From contig OX597814.1 in the NCBI GenBank assembly GCA_951406725.2, positions 199,454,001 to 199,518,000 on the forward strand: a stretch of DNA of 64,000 bases. The letters run 5' to 3'. Each line of letters opens with the position of its first letter. The stretch's first letter is position 1. The notes beneath the pieces were generated by a model. That model saw nothing but the letters and a program-made list of their open reading frames with translations, did no database searches and had not been told where the DNA came from. Shown in pieces: positions 52,738 through 64,000 of this stretch. The DNA comes from Octopus vulgaris. Its lineage: Eukaryota. The translations under genes and the position numbers were made by a program.

Positions 52738-52771
<34 letters not shown>

Positions 52772-53221
52772 GGCATAAGGTGTGAATGTGTGCCTCCCCT
52801 CTCACTTCCGCACTAATGTTATAAAACACAACACCTTGTCTCTGATTTGTTGTGTCATGGTTGTTGCAACAGAAAGTAAAGCTGAGCTACTATTACACAT
52901 TTCTTGCATCGTCTCCTCTCACTCTCACTCACTCTCTCTCTCTCTCTTCCGTTCTCTTTACTTCTTTCTTTCTTTCCCTTCCCGCGCGCTTGCAGTTTGT
53001 TTCTTCCTTCTCATTCACACTAATTCCCTCTGTCATTCCTTACTATTTTCACACACACAGACGTAACACTTTATCTAAACTTTCTCTCGTCACTTAAAAC
53101 AACGCTGAGAAATGATATTGTTATATTTGCGCAACACTATGTTACTTAGTAATAATCTTTATAATAGATTTAGTTAAAAGGGAAATAAAACAAAGCCTAA
53201 AATATGAATGGATAATTTAAT

Positions 53222-53445
53222 ATTCTGTTATGTCTGGGGAGAGTAATTTTCATTTTGTGCCTTATAATGTAACACACTCACCTGTAAAATGTCCCCTTAT
53301 TTCTTATTTTCCTAAAATTTTCGTTGCGTCTTGCAACCTTTTCAATAGTCTTGACTCTCAGAATATGCTTCAACACACGAACTCATATAAAGAATCTTGC
53401 AAACCAAATCCCAAAGCGAAAAATAATTTAATAGTTATCTATTAA
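53222..53445. mobile_element. PLE-type short element; homolog of 62760-63110
   Basis: Both segments recur at 62.8-63.1 kb; HHR-like motif on the minus strand at 53312-53348. Confidence 0.68.
53312..53348 (-). ncRNA. Hammerhead-like motif, U3-A8 variant, weak helix I
   Basis: CTA / TTGAAAA / G-GTTGC-aagac-GCAAC / GAAA-AT-T-T / TAG. Confidence 0.45.
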
Positions 53446-53844
53446 AACAATTTAACGGCTAAATCTCAAAGGGTCATTATCTTTTTTTTTTCTAGGACTT
53501 TGTTCTGTTACACTATTTTGAATATTTTTGTATTATCCTTGCATTTGACTCCCCAGCCGTCAAAATTATACGCTTTTTCTTTTGGCTCTAGCTATCGTTT
53601 ATGATATGTATTCGTCATTTCTGTTGAAGTTGTATTTGTCGTACGATACCTAAACAAGTTATGCTGTCAAAGGCTCGTTTGTCATAAAGAATTTTGCTGT
53701 GTGGAAGCTTTTTATAATTAACCCACAAAGCACTAGGATTTCCACTTACATAGCATGGACTGTTGAGCACAAAGACTACCATACTCACAGAAACAAAATA
53801 TAGTCAAAATATCTTCTTAGTATAAAATTCTTTTCTTTTTCTTT

Positions 53845-54257
53845 CTTCTACTTGTTTCAGTCATTTGACTGCGGCCATGCTGGAGCACCTCCTTTAGTCG
53901 AATCAAATCGACCCCAAGATTATTCTTTGTAAGCCTTAGTACTTATTCTATCGGTCACTTTTGCCGAGCCGCTAAGTTACGGGGACGTAAACACACCAGC
54001 ATCGGTTGTCAACGATGCCGGTGGGGACAAACAGAGATACACAACACACACACACACACACACAACACAACACATATATATATATATATACACGACGGGC
54101 TTCTTTCAGTTTCCGTCTGCCAAATCCACTCATAAGGCTTTGGTCGGCTCGAGGCTATAGTAGAAGACACTTGCCCAAGATGCCACGCAGTGGGACTGAA
54201 CCCGGAACCATGTGGCTGGTAAGCAAGCTACTTACCACACAGCCACTCCTGCGCCTA
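53845..54257 (-). mobile_element. SINE family B
   Basis: Full-length homolog. Confidence 0.9.
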
Positions 54258-54478
54258 TGATGGTGGCAAGTTTTACATTCTCTGAAAAGACATTAGTTGA
54301 ACTATTAGTTTCGGTCTGGGAATCAAAACCACAATCTAGCGATTGTAAGTGCAACAATCTAACCACTAGGCGCATGTAAGAAAGTAACTGCATTATTAAC
54401 TAATTTCAAATTCATATTGTACGATGTATAATTTAGGTTTATCTCTGAAACTATGGAATTTATGTAAGGACTAACTTT

Positions 54479-54907
54479 GGATCTTTTCGGTTTGAACGGC
54501 AGTTTTTAACATAATTTCTAGGTAACTAAAAAAAATTTAAACTTCGTATACTGGTAGAATGTGTTTATAAAACATATTTTTCTCTTGGCTTTATTGAGAA
54601 AATTCTATAGTTTTTAAGATATTTGTTGTTTTGTTTCTTCAATTTCTGCAATTTCAACCAATCAGTGACGTCTATTGAGGTAAAAAAACCTCCTGTGCCG
54701 TATGAATATGTCCCACGTTTAAGAAACAGATTGGGTTTATTTACATTTGTGAAGGAAAAAAGATACCCTTCTCCCAACCCCTAACCCTAACCAACCCTAA
54801 CCCTAAAACAGATTGAAATACAATAGATCGATACTTGGGTCATAATTATGGGTGACATTTTCATATGACACCGCTAGGAAAAACTGCCGTTCAAACCGAA
54901 ATGATCC
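54479..54907. mobile_element. Non-autonomous TIR DNA transposon (GG termini, 8-bp TSD; Merlin-like)
   Basis: TIR GGATCTTTTCGGTTTGAACGGCAGTTTTT; perfect TSD CTAACTTT at 54471-54478 and 54908-54915; (CCCTAA)n at 54773-54806. Confidence 0.85.
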
Positions 54908-55294
54908 CTAACTTTTGATATTTGTGAATTTTCCATACTTTCAGTGTTGTTACATCAGCAGCTGCCGTAGTCACCATGTCTTTTTAGTCACTGAAATCTT
55001 CCTTATCTCTATAATTTCTGCGTAAAGGAAATTATGCCCAAGGTGATGATTCGCTTTTAACTCTGAGCAGAACAAGAATATTGACAATAACAGCACTGAT
55101 AATGCTTTACATGGGTCTGGAGTATCAATTAATGAAAACGAGAAACGATATGACGATGAGGTTCATACGTTACCTGGAGTAAAAAGAAAATTATACCGTC
55201 CATAATTCAAAATTTTAGTTGCAGATTTGATTTACTGTTAACGACTCTTCTTCAGATCAAATTGAGATGATAGAGGGAAAACATATACTCTTTC

Positions 55295-55495
55295 TTATTT
55301 TTTTATTGCCCACAAGGGGCTAGATATAGAGGGAACAAACAAGGACAGACAAACGGATTAAGTCGATTAGATCGACCCCAGTGCGTAAATGGTACTTATT
55401 TAATCGACCCCGAAAGGATGAAAGGCAAAGTCGACCACGGCGGAATTTGAACTCCGAACGTAACGGCAGACGAAATACCGCTAAGCATTTCGCCC
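55295..55495 (-). mobile_element. SINE family A
   Basis: Homolog with partial head deletion. Confidence 0.85.
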
Positions 55496-56228
55496 CGCCT
55501 ATATACTCTGAATTTCTTTCCTGCTATTATCCTCTTTTGTGTCTGCCTAGTCCAATGCTTCATCGTGTGTTTACTGAAAAGCATTGCTAGTTATTCTCCA
55601 TTAGCATACTGCCTTAAAATGAATTTTTATTGAAATGTCTTCAATGTTCTTCCAAACATACAAAAGTAATGTTCATTTCTACTGTTGATATCATAGTTAG
55701 TTGGTTAAGAAAATCGCTTGCCAACCACGTATCTCTGGAGGATCCAATCCCACCCTTTGACAACCTTGGAAAGTATCCTCTACATGTAGATTTAAGGTCG
55801 TGGACCAAACGCTGCCTGGTGTCCTTGAGCAGGACACTTCATTTCTCCTTACCATGTTATTCGTGTCTACTTAGTTAAAATGAGAGCCAGCCGAGGGCTG
55901 GTGCTGCCCCTTCTCTCCCAGTTGTCACAGCTTGGATGTTCTGCTGCATCAAGGGCGGGAGAGCTGAAAGGATATTTACGTAAGTTCGACATCTAGAACA
56001 ACTAAACGAAGGCAGAGCACATGCGACGAAGTAACATTCTTGATCCAGAGTGAGCATTCGTTAGAATGTTGAGTAGAAGACCACGCAATATTTGTTTCAA
56101 GACTCTCTACCCCAAATTCAAATGCCACTTTCATCAGCTTTTGCATTTCATTTTTTGAAGATGGATAAAATTAGTACTACTTCTGAACGGTGGATTAACG
56201 GAACTCGTAGAGCCTTGCGGTATCTGTT

Positions 56229-56613
56229 GTTGAGCGAGTTTGTTTGTTTGTTTGAGCGATGCGGTCATCGTCCCAGAGTGGGAGAAGTCCGAAACGTGGT
56301 CCTTTGCTATTCGTAAGACCCGCAGAAGAGAAAGCAGGTCAACCCCCGACACCGAGAGCATCGACGGATGCATGAATGTGCATCCAGGCTCAGCGGTTGC
56401 GTAGGAAGTCGGGGATAAAAAACAGGAAGAAAGAGTGAGAGAAAGTTGGGGCGAAGGAGTACAACAGGGGTCGCTACAACCCCCTGCCGAAGCCACGTGG
56501 AGCTTTAGGTGTTTTCGCTCAGTAAACACACACAACGCCCGGTCTGGGAATCGAAACCGCGATCCTCCGACCGCGAGTCTGCTGCCCTAACCATTGGGCC
56601 ATTGCGCCTCCAC
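56229..56613 (-). mobile_element. SINE family C, tail 4
   Basis: Family-C head; distinct tail ending (CAAA)n; TSD TTGCGGTATCTGTT at 56215-56228 and 56614-56627. Confidence 0.88.
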
Positions 56614-57000
56614 TTGCGGTATCTGTTCCAGCTCTGTTCTGTTAGCAATTCTACCGACCACACCTTAAATTATACCGGTCTTTCCCTTGAGCAACAACAA
56701 TGGCGTTAAGACTTGCATGTATGGGAAGATAGTATCTCCAATTTTGCGGTGCAAATGCGGGCATCAAAACTTTGCAATTCGATAGAGATTGATCTAACAA
56801 GTTTTAATTCGGTTATATACATTTTCTTTTTTGACCTTTATACTTGCTGTCCGCCTTCTTATAGTAGCTGTATGTTTCAGGATGAATTGCTACTGAGTCT
56901 CTTACATCTTAATCAACATATAAAAACCTTTCATTCTGCGGTTGGCAGGATTATTTCTCATGCAGCAGTTTGTTGAGTAGTAGTAGAGAAACGGCACTTA

Positions 57001-57212
57001 AGGCGGCGAGCTGGCAGCAGCGTTAGCACGCCGGGCGAAATGCCTAGCAGTATTTTGTCTGTCTTTACGTTCTGAGTTCAAATTCCGCCGAGGTCGACTT
57101 TACCTTTCATCTTTTCGGGGTCGATAAATTAAGTACCAGTTGCGGACTGGGGTCGATATAATCGACTGGCCCCGTCCCCCAAAATTTCAGGCCTTGTGTC
57201 TAGAGTAGAAAC
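57001..57212 (+). mobile_element. SINE family A, alternative tail
   Basis: Tail CCCCAAAATTTCAGGCCTTGTG; flanking GAGAAACGGCAC repeat. Confidence 0.88.
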
Positions 57213-58599
57213 GAGTTGAGAAACGGCACGCATATATACGCGTATACATAGCATAATGAGTTACTTACATTTATTTTAAAGAAGAAAAGCATTTTTCACT
57301 GGCTTCTCTCCTTTAAGGAAAAAAATTTATAAACGAGTCGACTGATTTTAGCCCGAAATAATATACGTACGACGGTCGATATAAACAAGCCGAAGCATGG
57401 CTGAAATCAGTAGAATAGAATAGAAGAAATCTAATTTTTTTCCTTATTTGTCATGAAAGTAATAACAAAAGAAACTAGCTGTAACAGTTTTTACAATGTT
57501 ATATAGAATAAGCTAATACACATTTTGGGAAGCAAACGCACATACACACATAATTACATATAAATATAAGGAATATAAAGTATAAATCATCTTTATCGTG
57601 ATCATTCATCCACCAAATATCTTAAAGTGAATTCAGGTTGACATATATTAGTCATTGATTTATCACGTGTTTACAGGAATATGTTAGCAATCATTCATGT
57701 TAGCGTGTTAACTCACAACATCTATTTCTACTGAAATTGGAATACCGCACGGGGAAAAAAAAACAAAACATTCGTAAAACAGAAGCCAGAGAAACATTAT
57801 TTTTTATTGCTAGTTCTGGTGATTTATACTTATTGGAGCCGGAACCATTGGGAACCGAGTGTAACATGGTATACACGTTTTATTTATTTATTTCTTCACT
57901 GATTTCTTTCTTTGGACTGCAACCATTCCAGTGCGTCGTCATAAATTGTTTTATTCGAGTATATTGACCCTGGTTTTTGCAACAACATTCTATGTTACGG
58001 GTCTCTACCGAATGTCCCGTTTTTGACACAGAGGGGTGCAAGTAGATATAAATACAGATAGCTCTCACACACACAAATAGAAGACCAATTAAATATTTTT
58101 GATGTAGCATTTCAACATCTTTATATCTTTTTTTTTCACATTTCAAGTTTCCTCATCGCCTTCTATAATGTTGATTTTTCTCCTCACACTTATACACTTA
58201 CAAATACACACACAGCTTCCGGCTATCACTCACAAAACACTGTTCAGCGCTAGAGTACATTAAAACTGTGGGAAAACGCCCTAAACGAAAACTAGCTGGT
58301 AAGGTCAGTGCCAATATGATGCAATGAGAAAAGAAATACGAAGTAAATGAAACTGCACCCGATGCTAGGAGAAATAGCTACTAGCTCAACCAATTCCGAT
58401 GCACAAACGCAGAGGGATACATTCCTGATATAGTAATTATAAACAGTTTGTAGGCTTCGAGTTGGGAGTGAATTTGAACATGAGATTATGTGAATTTATT
58501 ATTAGATTGTTAAAACACGCTTGCAATCATACAGACTATTGGGTAAAATGGATAAAATATTTTCGTTTAATCTATTGATTACAAGCATTGTGTATAAAT

Positions 58600-59032
58600 A
58601 TCTTTTCTACCCAAGGCACAAGGCCCGGAATTTTTAGGGAGGGAGCCTGTCGATTAGATTGAGTCTAGTACATAACTGGTACACAAGTTATCGACACCCG
58701 AAAGAATGAAAGGCAAAGTCGACCTCAGCGGAATTTGAACTGAGAAAGTAAAGACAGACGAAATATCGCTAAGCATTGCACCCGGCGTGCTAACGTTTCT
58801 TATTTCTTTATTGCCCACAAGGGGCTAAGCATAGAGGGGACAAACGAGGACAGACAAAGGGATTAAGTCGATTATATCGACCCCAATGCGTAATTGGTAC
58901 TTAATTTATCGACCCCGAAAGGATGAAAGGCAAAGTCGACCTCGGCGGAATTTGAACTCAGAACGTAAAGACAGACAAAATATCGCTAAACATTTCGCCC
59001 GGCGTGCTAACATTTCTGCCAGCTCGCCGCCT
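58600..59032 (-). mobile_element. SINE family A heterodimer
   Basis: Two bodies with different tails inside one TSD GCATTGTGTATAAA (58585-58598, 59034-59047). Confidence 0.88.
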
Positions 59033-59681
59033 TGCATTGTGTATAAACTTTTCTTCATTAGGCGTTTGTTCTGAGTTTTATACAAAATGACAACTACTTC
59101 ATTGTTAGTATATAAGCAAGTAAGGCAGTGCTCTTCGTCCTTGTTCTCTAATACCTGAGTTAAAATCCCGCTGGAGTAAATTTTGTCTTCACCACCCACC
59201 AAGGTCTGAGGATCTGAAAGAAAACGGTTATACGCGCTTGAATCTACCTTTCCTCCCTTGACTGAATGGAAAATACTTATTTTTATATACACCTGTAAAA
59301 TGCATCTACATTAGTAGAATCATATTAAGTATGAACCTACCAATTTGGCAGAATAAAAATTGTCTTTTGAAATAATAACTTTGATTAAGGTTTGAGTCGG
59401 TACTTTAATGACATCAAGCTGGCTTTTTCAATTTCAGCTCGACTAACTTGTCACTGATTTGTTTTCAAATGACTGTAATTTGTCAATGACAATTATTCGG
59501 GTTTTTTTTTTTGTTTGTTTTTTTTCCTATTCGGAAGACAACGTTTTGGTAGAGGCAATATTTGAAAACTATGCTTGATTAGAATAGCAAATATAGGAAG
59601 AAAATGTTATGCATATCATTCTCAGGACGTTGTTCCCAATCTGTGGCTACGAGCTGATGATACTAATTTATTCTTCTGTTA

Positions 59682-60073
59682 AGGCGGCGAGCTGTCAGAA
59701 ACGTTAGCACGCCGGGCGAAATGCTTAGCGGTATTTCGTCTGCCGCTACGTTCTGAGTTCAAATTCCGCCGAGGTCGATTTTGCCTTTCATCCTTTCGGG
59801 GCCGATACATTAAGTACCAGTTACGCACTGGGGTCGATATAATCGACTTAATCCGTTTGTCTGTCCTTGTTTGTCCTCTCTGTGTTTATCCCTTTGTGGG
59901 TAGTAAAGAAATAGGCATTTCGTCTGCCGCTACGTATGAGTTCAAATTCCGCCGAGGTCGACTTTGCCTTTCATCCTTTCGGGGTCAATTAAATAAGTAC
60001 CAGTTACTTAATCCCTTTGTCTGTCCTTGTTTGTCCTCTCTGCGGTTAGCCCCTTGTGGGTAGTAAAGAAATA
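59682..60073 (+). mobile_element. SINE family A dimer
   Basis: 22-bp TSD GATACTAATTTATTCTTCTGTT at 59659-59680 and 60074-60095. Confidence 0.92.
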
Positions 60074-60702
60074 GATACTAATTTATTCTTCTGTTTGAAT
60101 TTACTGGGTAAATAACTGATTTTTAATATCGCTGATTTGTTTTATGGAAATGGCTAAAATATATTCTTCATTGCTTAGATACTTATATTCATCATTGAAA
60201 TAGTTCAGGCGTTCGACCTCCTGGAAGTATCGCTCAAATCAGACCTTATCGTCTTTAAAACGAAAACATACTGCAGATAATGAAATTGTAGATTTACACA
60301 ACAGCACCCACAATAACCTGATAAGAACAACCTTCAGATTTACCATCGTTTCAGCTCATCATCGATTTTAAAATGAAATTTAGAAGTTTCGTTTTCAGCA
60401 TATTAGCACGTGATTGGTTTAACAATATCACTGTTTGCTAATTTAGTCATTACTATTCAAAAGCAGTATGGCTGAGACAGTTATAATTATGAATAGCCCT
60501 AGAAATTCACACTATCCCTGTCAGATTCACCTGCTCAAAACATTCGGACACTTTTGGAATTATTCATTATTTTCAAGAAGTCAACACCTTCGGTAGATAT
60601 TGATGTGGATTTCCTAAATGCTTATGATACACATTGGGTTGTGGACAGGATAGCTCTATCAATTTAAGTATAATATCGGCATGTAGTGAAACAGCAATCA
60701 TA

Positions 60703-60887
60703 ATCTTTTCTACTCAAAGAACATGGCCCGAAGTTTTTAGGGTGGGGAGCCAGTCGATTATATCGATCCCAGTGCGAAACTGGTACTTAATTTATCGACT
60801 CCGAAAGGATGAAAGGCAAAGTCGACCTCGGCGGAATTTGAAATCAGAACGTAACGGCAGACGAAATACCGCTAAGCATTTCGCCCG
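60703..60887 (-). mobile_element. SINE family A, alternative tail, 5' truncated
   Basis: Body matches the family. Confidence 0.82.
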
Positions 60888-60902
60888 CAATAATAGCAAT
60901 AA

Positions 60903-61140
60903 TGTGGAGGCACATGGCCTAGTGGTTAGAGCAGTGGACTCGCGGGTTCGAATCTCCTAAGCTCCACGCGACTCCGGCAGAAGGTAATGGCGAACTTCTG
61001 CTGACTCTTTCGCCCCAATTTTCTCTCACTCTTTCCTCCTGCATCTAGCAACTTCCCGTCAAGGTGGGGAACCTATATGCCAAGGAAACCGAAAAACCGG
61101 CCCTAATGAGCCAGAAAAGTGGCTCGAGAAGGAACAACGG
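60903..61140 (+). mobile_element. SINE family C, tail 2, internally deleted
   Basis: Colinear with 9655-9959. Confidence 0.8.
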
Positions 61141-61573
61141 CAATAGAAATAATAATACACAGCCAAATAGTTGGGTCAATTTATTATCGAATGTGTGCAA
61201 ATGCATGTTCTTGTCAGAAAGGAAAGCATGTTTGAAGTATTTCCGATGTTTAAAAGTCTGAATGATAGTTTTTTTTTTCTTTTTTCTTTTTTTCGCATTA
61301 GTACAATATATTAGTTATAGCTGTTTGAATCAATCTTTCTCCATATTTTGTATATATTGTAACTCTGTAAGGATGTGAGTCATAGCAAACCCTGAACATA
61401 AAGGAACATAACTAAATACTGTTATCGTGGCATCAACTGTCACAAACTCCTAATTTTTTGTTTACCTCTGTTTCAGAATAATCCCAAATTATAATTCGGA
61501 ATTTCTATCTAAACGCTTCAAGTTTGTTTCCTATCCAGGTATGCACTGCATACAAGTATTCCCTTCTTCTGAA

Positions 61574-61802
61574 TGCGGCGAACTGGCAGAAACGTTAGCA
61601 CGCCGGGCGAAATGCTTAGCAGTATTTCGTCTGCCGCTACGTTCTGAGTTCAAATTCCGCCGAGGTCGACTTTGCCTTTCATTCTTTCGGGGTCGATTAA
61701 ATAAGTACCAGTTACGCACTGGGGTCGATATAATCGACTTAATCCGTTTGTGTGTCCTTGTTTGTCCTCTATGTTTAGCCCCTTGTGGGCAGTAAAGAAA
61801 TA
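61574..61802 (+). mobile_element. SINE family A, full length
   Basis: TSD AAGTATTCCCTTCTT. Confidence 0.92.
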
Positions 61803-62848
61803 AGTATTCCCTTCTTTTAAAAATACATTTTATATATGAGCAGCTTTATATCGTGTTTTACTGATTATCAACGTGCTGTTCTATCTTCATCCTACCTGAG
61901 TTTTGTGTGTAGGAAAGTGAATAAGAAAAGAACATCGACCTATTCAGATGAGAGAGTAATCGGGATTTTAAATCGCTAAAAGAATTAAGAAAGCCTATTT
62001 GGGGGAGCAGGAAAAAAAACTCATGGAATACAAGTGTCGTTGTTGTAGTAGTAGTAAATGTATAGTGAATTAAGTTCAGTGGTAACGTGTGTAAGCAAAA
62101 TAATATTACGTTACTCGGTTCGCTAGCAATATTTATGCAGATTTAGCTTGAAGTTGTTACATAACTTGTGATAAGTCGCGCGAGAAAGTCTTCTTCATTG
62201 ACATTTTTTAAAATTATTTCTGTCGCTAGTGGACATTTTGTGTTGATTGACCTTTTTTGCGAGGAATTCTCTTCTATCGCAAAATATCACGATTATATTT
62301 GAGGAATTGAAAGTGTCTTTGATTGCTTCGATTGATATGAAATTGGCCGAATAGTTCTAACACGTTTCAAAGGTGAAAGTGTTGAAATCTTTCGTGTCAT
62401 TCACAGAAAATATGAACAACAGTGCATTCAAAACTTAGGAAGTTTGGTATTGTGGATGCTTGAAACTCGCTTTACGCTATCTATCATCTTTTCATTACCA
62501 GCCAGATGTTATCCACCCTCATACTTATCGTGAATCAATTCAAACTCCTTTCGAGTTTCCATGTAAATTGATATGTTTAGATAGCAGCACACATATACCA
62601 GTTCTTATGAAGAAAATACGAAATGCTGATAGTTTGCTTCTATTTTATGTTCAAGTACGAAACACTGAAAACCAATTATATAAGAGAGAAACGAGAAATT
62701 CGATAAAATTTCAGAGAGAGAGAGAGATGTGATGAGATCTGCTGAAACTTGAGAAAAGTATTGATATTATATCGTTAATTATATTAAGTTTCGTTTTGGG
62801 ATTTGGTTTGCAAGATTCTTTATATGAGTTCGTGTGTTGAAGCATATT

Positions 62849-63107
62849 CTGTTGTGTCTGGAGAGAGTCATTTTCTTTTTGTGCCTTATTATTTAACACA
62901 CTCACCGGTAAAATTTCCACTTTTTTCTTATTTTTATATCCTAAAATTTTCGTTGCGTCTTGGAACCTTTTCAATAGTTTTGACTAAGGTTCCAAGACGC
63001 AACGAAAATTTTAGGATAATAAAAATAAGAAAAAAGTGGAAATTTTACCGGTGAGTGTGTTAAATAATAAGGCACAAAAAGAAAATTACTCTACCCAGAC
63101 ACAACAG
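62849..63107. repeat. Near-perfect inverted repeat (about 120-bp arms, 16-nt spacer) of the 53222 element
   Basis: 62849-62969 / 62986-63107; the spacer carries part of the TTGAAAA core on the minus strand. Confidence 0.9.
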
Positions 63108-63847
63108 TATATTTTTTCTACCAGGAACTTCTATAAAAATGGAATCCTATGACTATACCACTTAAGTGTCCAAGGTTTATATGTCTGCATCGTTTTTTTT
63201 TTTTATGAACAAATAGTTATTTTGTTCAAATATACGCGATGGCTCGTTTATATATGTGTGTGCAGGCACTCGAATAGTTTTTCTAGTGTTTCAAAGTTTA
63301 CTCAAGAAGTAATTGGATGGACTATATTTTCATGAAATATGAAGTATGCAAAGTATTTTAGAAGATGGAAATAAATGTTTGAAAATAGTATTTTGTCGAA
63401 TTACGGTACGAGTGTGAAGTGGGGAAAATGAATTTCCTTTAAATATGTAAGCCGTTTATTATATTCTGTTTCAATTTACATTAAATCGATCTCATCAATA
63501 TAATTGCAATACCTATAATCCTATTCACTGCGAGAGAAGAGTTCAAAATTAATACGCAATTATGTTAAAATAATCATTTATTGGAATACAAAGTAGTGTA
63601 TCGATTATTTCAGTCCTATACACTTCAGATAAACGATAGACATATTCTATAACAGGAATAATTATATGGTAGGCTATATTTAAGAAATAGTGTCCTGTCT
63701 AAAAACGCAGGTAAATAATGATTCTGCATATCTCAGAGACTGTTTAGGTTAGATTCAATACAAGTAATAGTGAAAAACACAAGCAATGCAAATCGGCTTG
63801 AAAATAATTTTGTAGGACTTCAGGATTAAACTTTGAAGAAATGATTT

Positions 63848-63894
<47 letters not shown>

Positions 63895-64000
63895 GAGCAA
63901 AACGCCCCCCCCCCCGTCCAATGGACGGTGCTGAGTTGTTTAGTATCTCAGTGTCCTACAGTAAAATCCCATTTACGTCAGTAATGCTGTAATCCAGCAT

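Noticed and set aside
54773-54806. Telomere or chromosome-fusion relic
   Set aside because: Short tract inside a TIR element, and repeated in its relatives.
59153-59230. Possible minus-strand exon (TTTCAG|ATCC...CAG|GTATTA)
   Set aside because: Weak donor, no recognisable peptide and no partner exons.

Overview
AT-rich, repeat-saturated metazoan non-coding DNA with no recognisable host protein-coding exon. Nearly all listed ORFs are translations of SINEs or (TA/CA)n tracts. The SINE families resemble those of Octopus (coleoid cephalopod); this is from recall, not a search. Contents: three tRNA-headed SINE families (called A, B, C here; about 45 copies), decayed R4-like and CR1-like LINE pieces, two Penelope-like element (PLE) ORF relics (RT C-terminus, GIY-YIG), non-autonomous Helitrons, a GG-ended TIR family with 8-bp TSDs and telomere-like repeats, and long microsatellites. 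Three signals stand out. (1) About a dozen minimal type-I hammerhead ribozyme (HHR) motifs from several unrelated PLE-type short elements, whose cores show C3-G8, U3-A8 and G3-C8 versions of the known tertiary pair, often within inverted, TSD-flanked insertions. (2) One of these elements has a tRNA-like Pol III head, making it a candidate SINE mobilised by PLE machinery. (3) A candidate recursive splice site (pyrimidine tract-CAG|GTAAG with a second donor 44 nt downstream) at 51455, suggesting the window lies in a giant + strand intron. All folds and alignments were done by eye and repeat boundaries are approximate.
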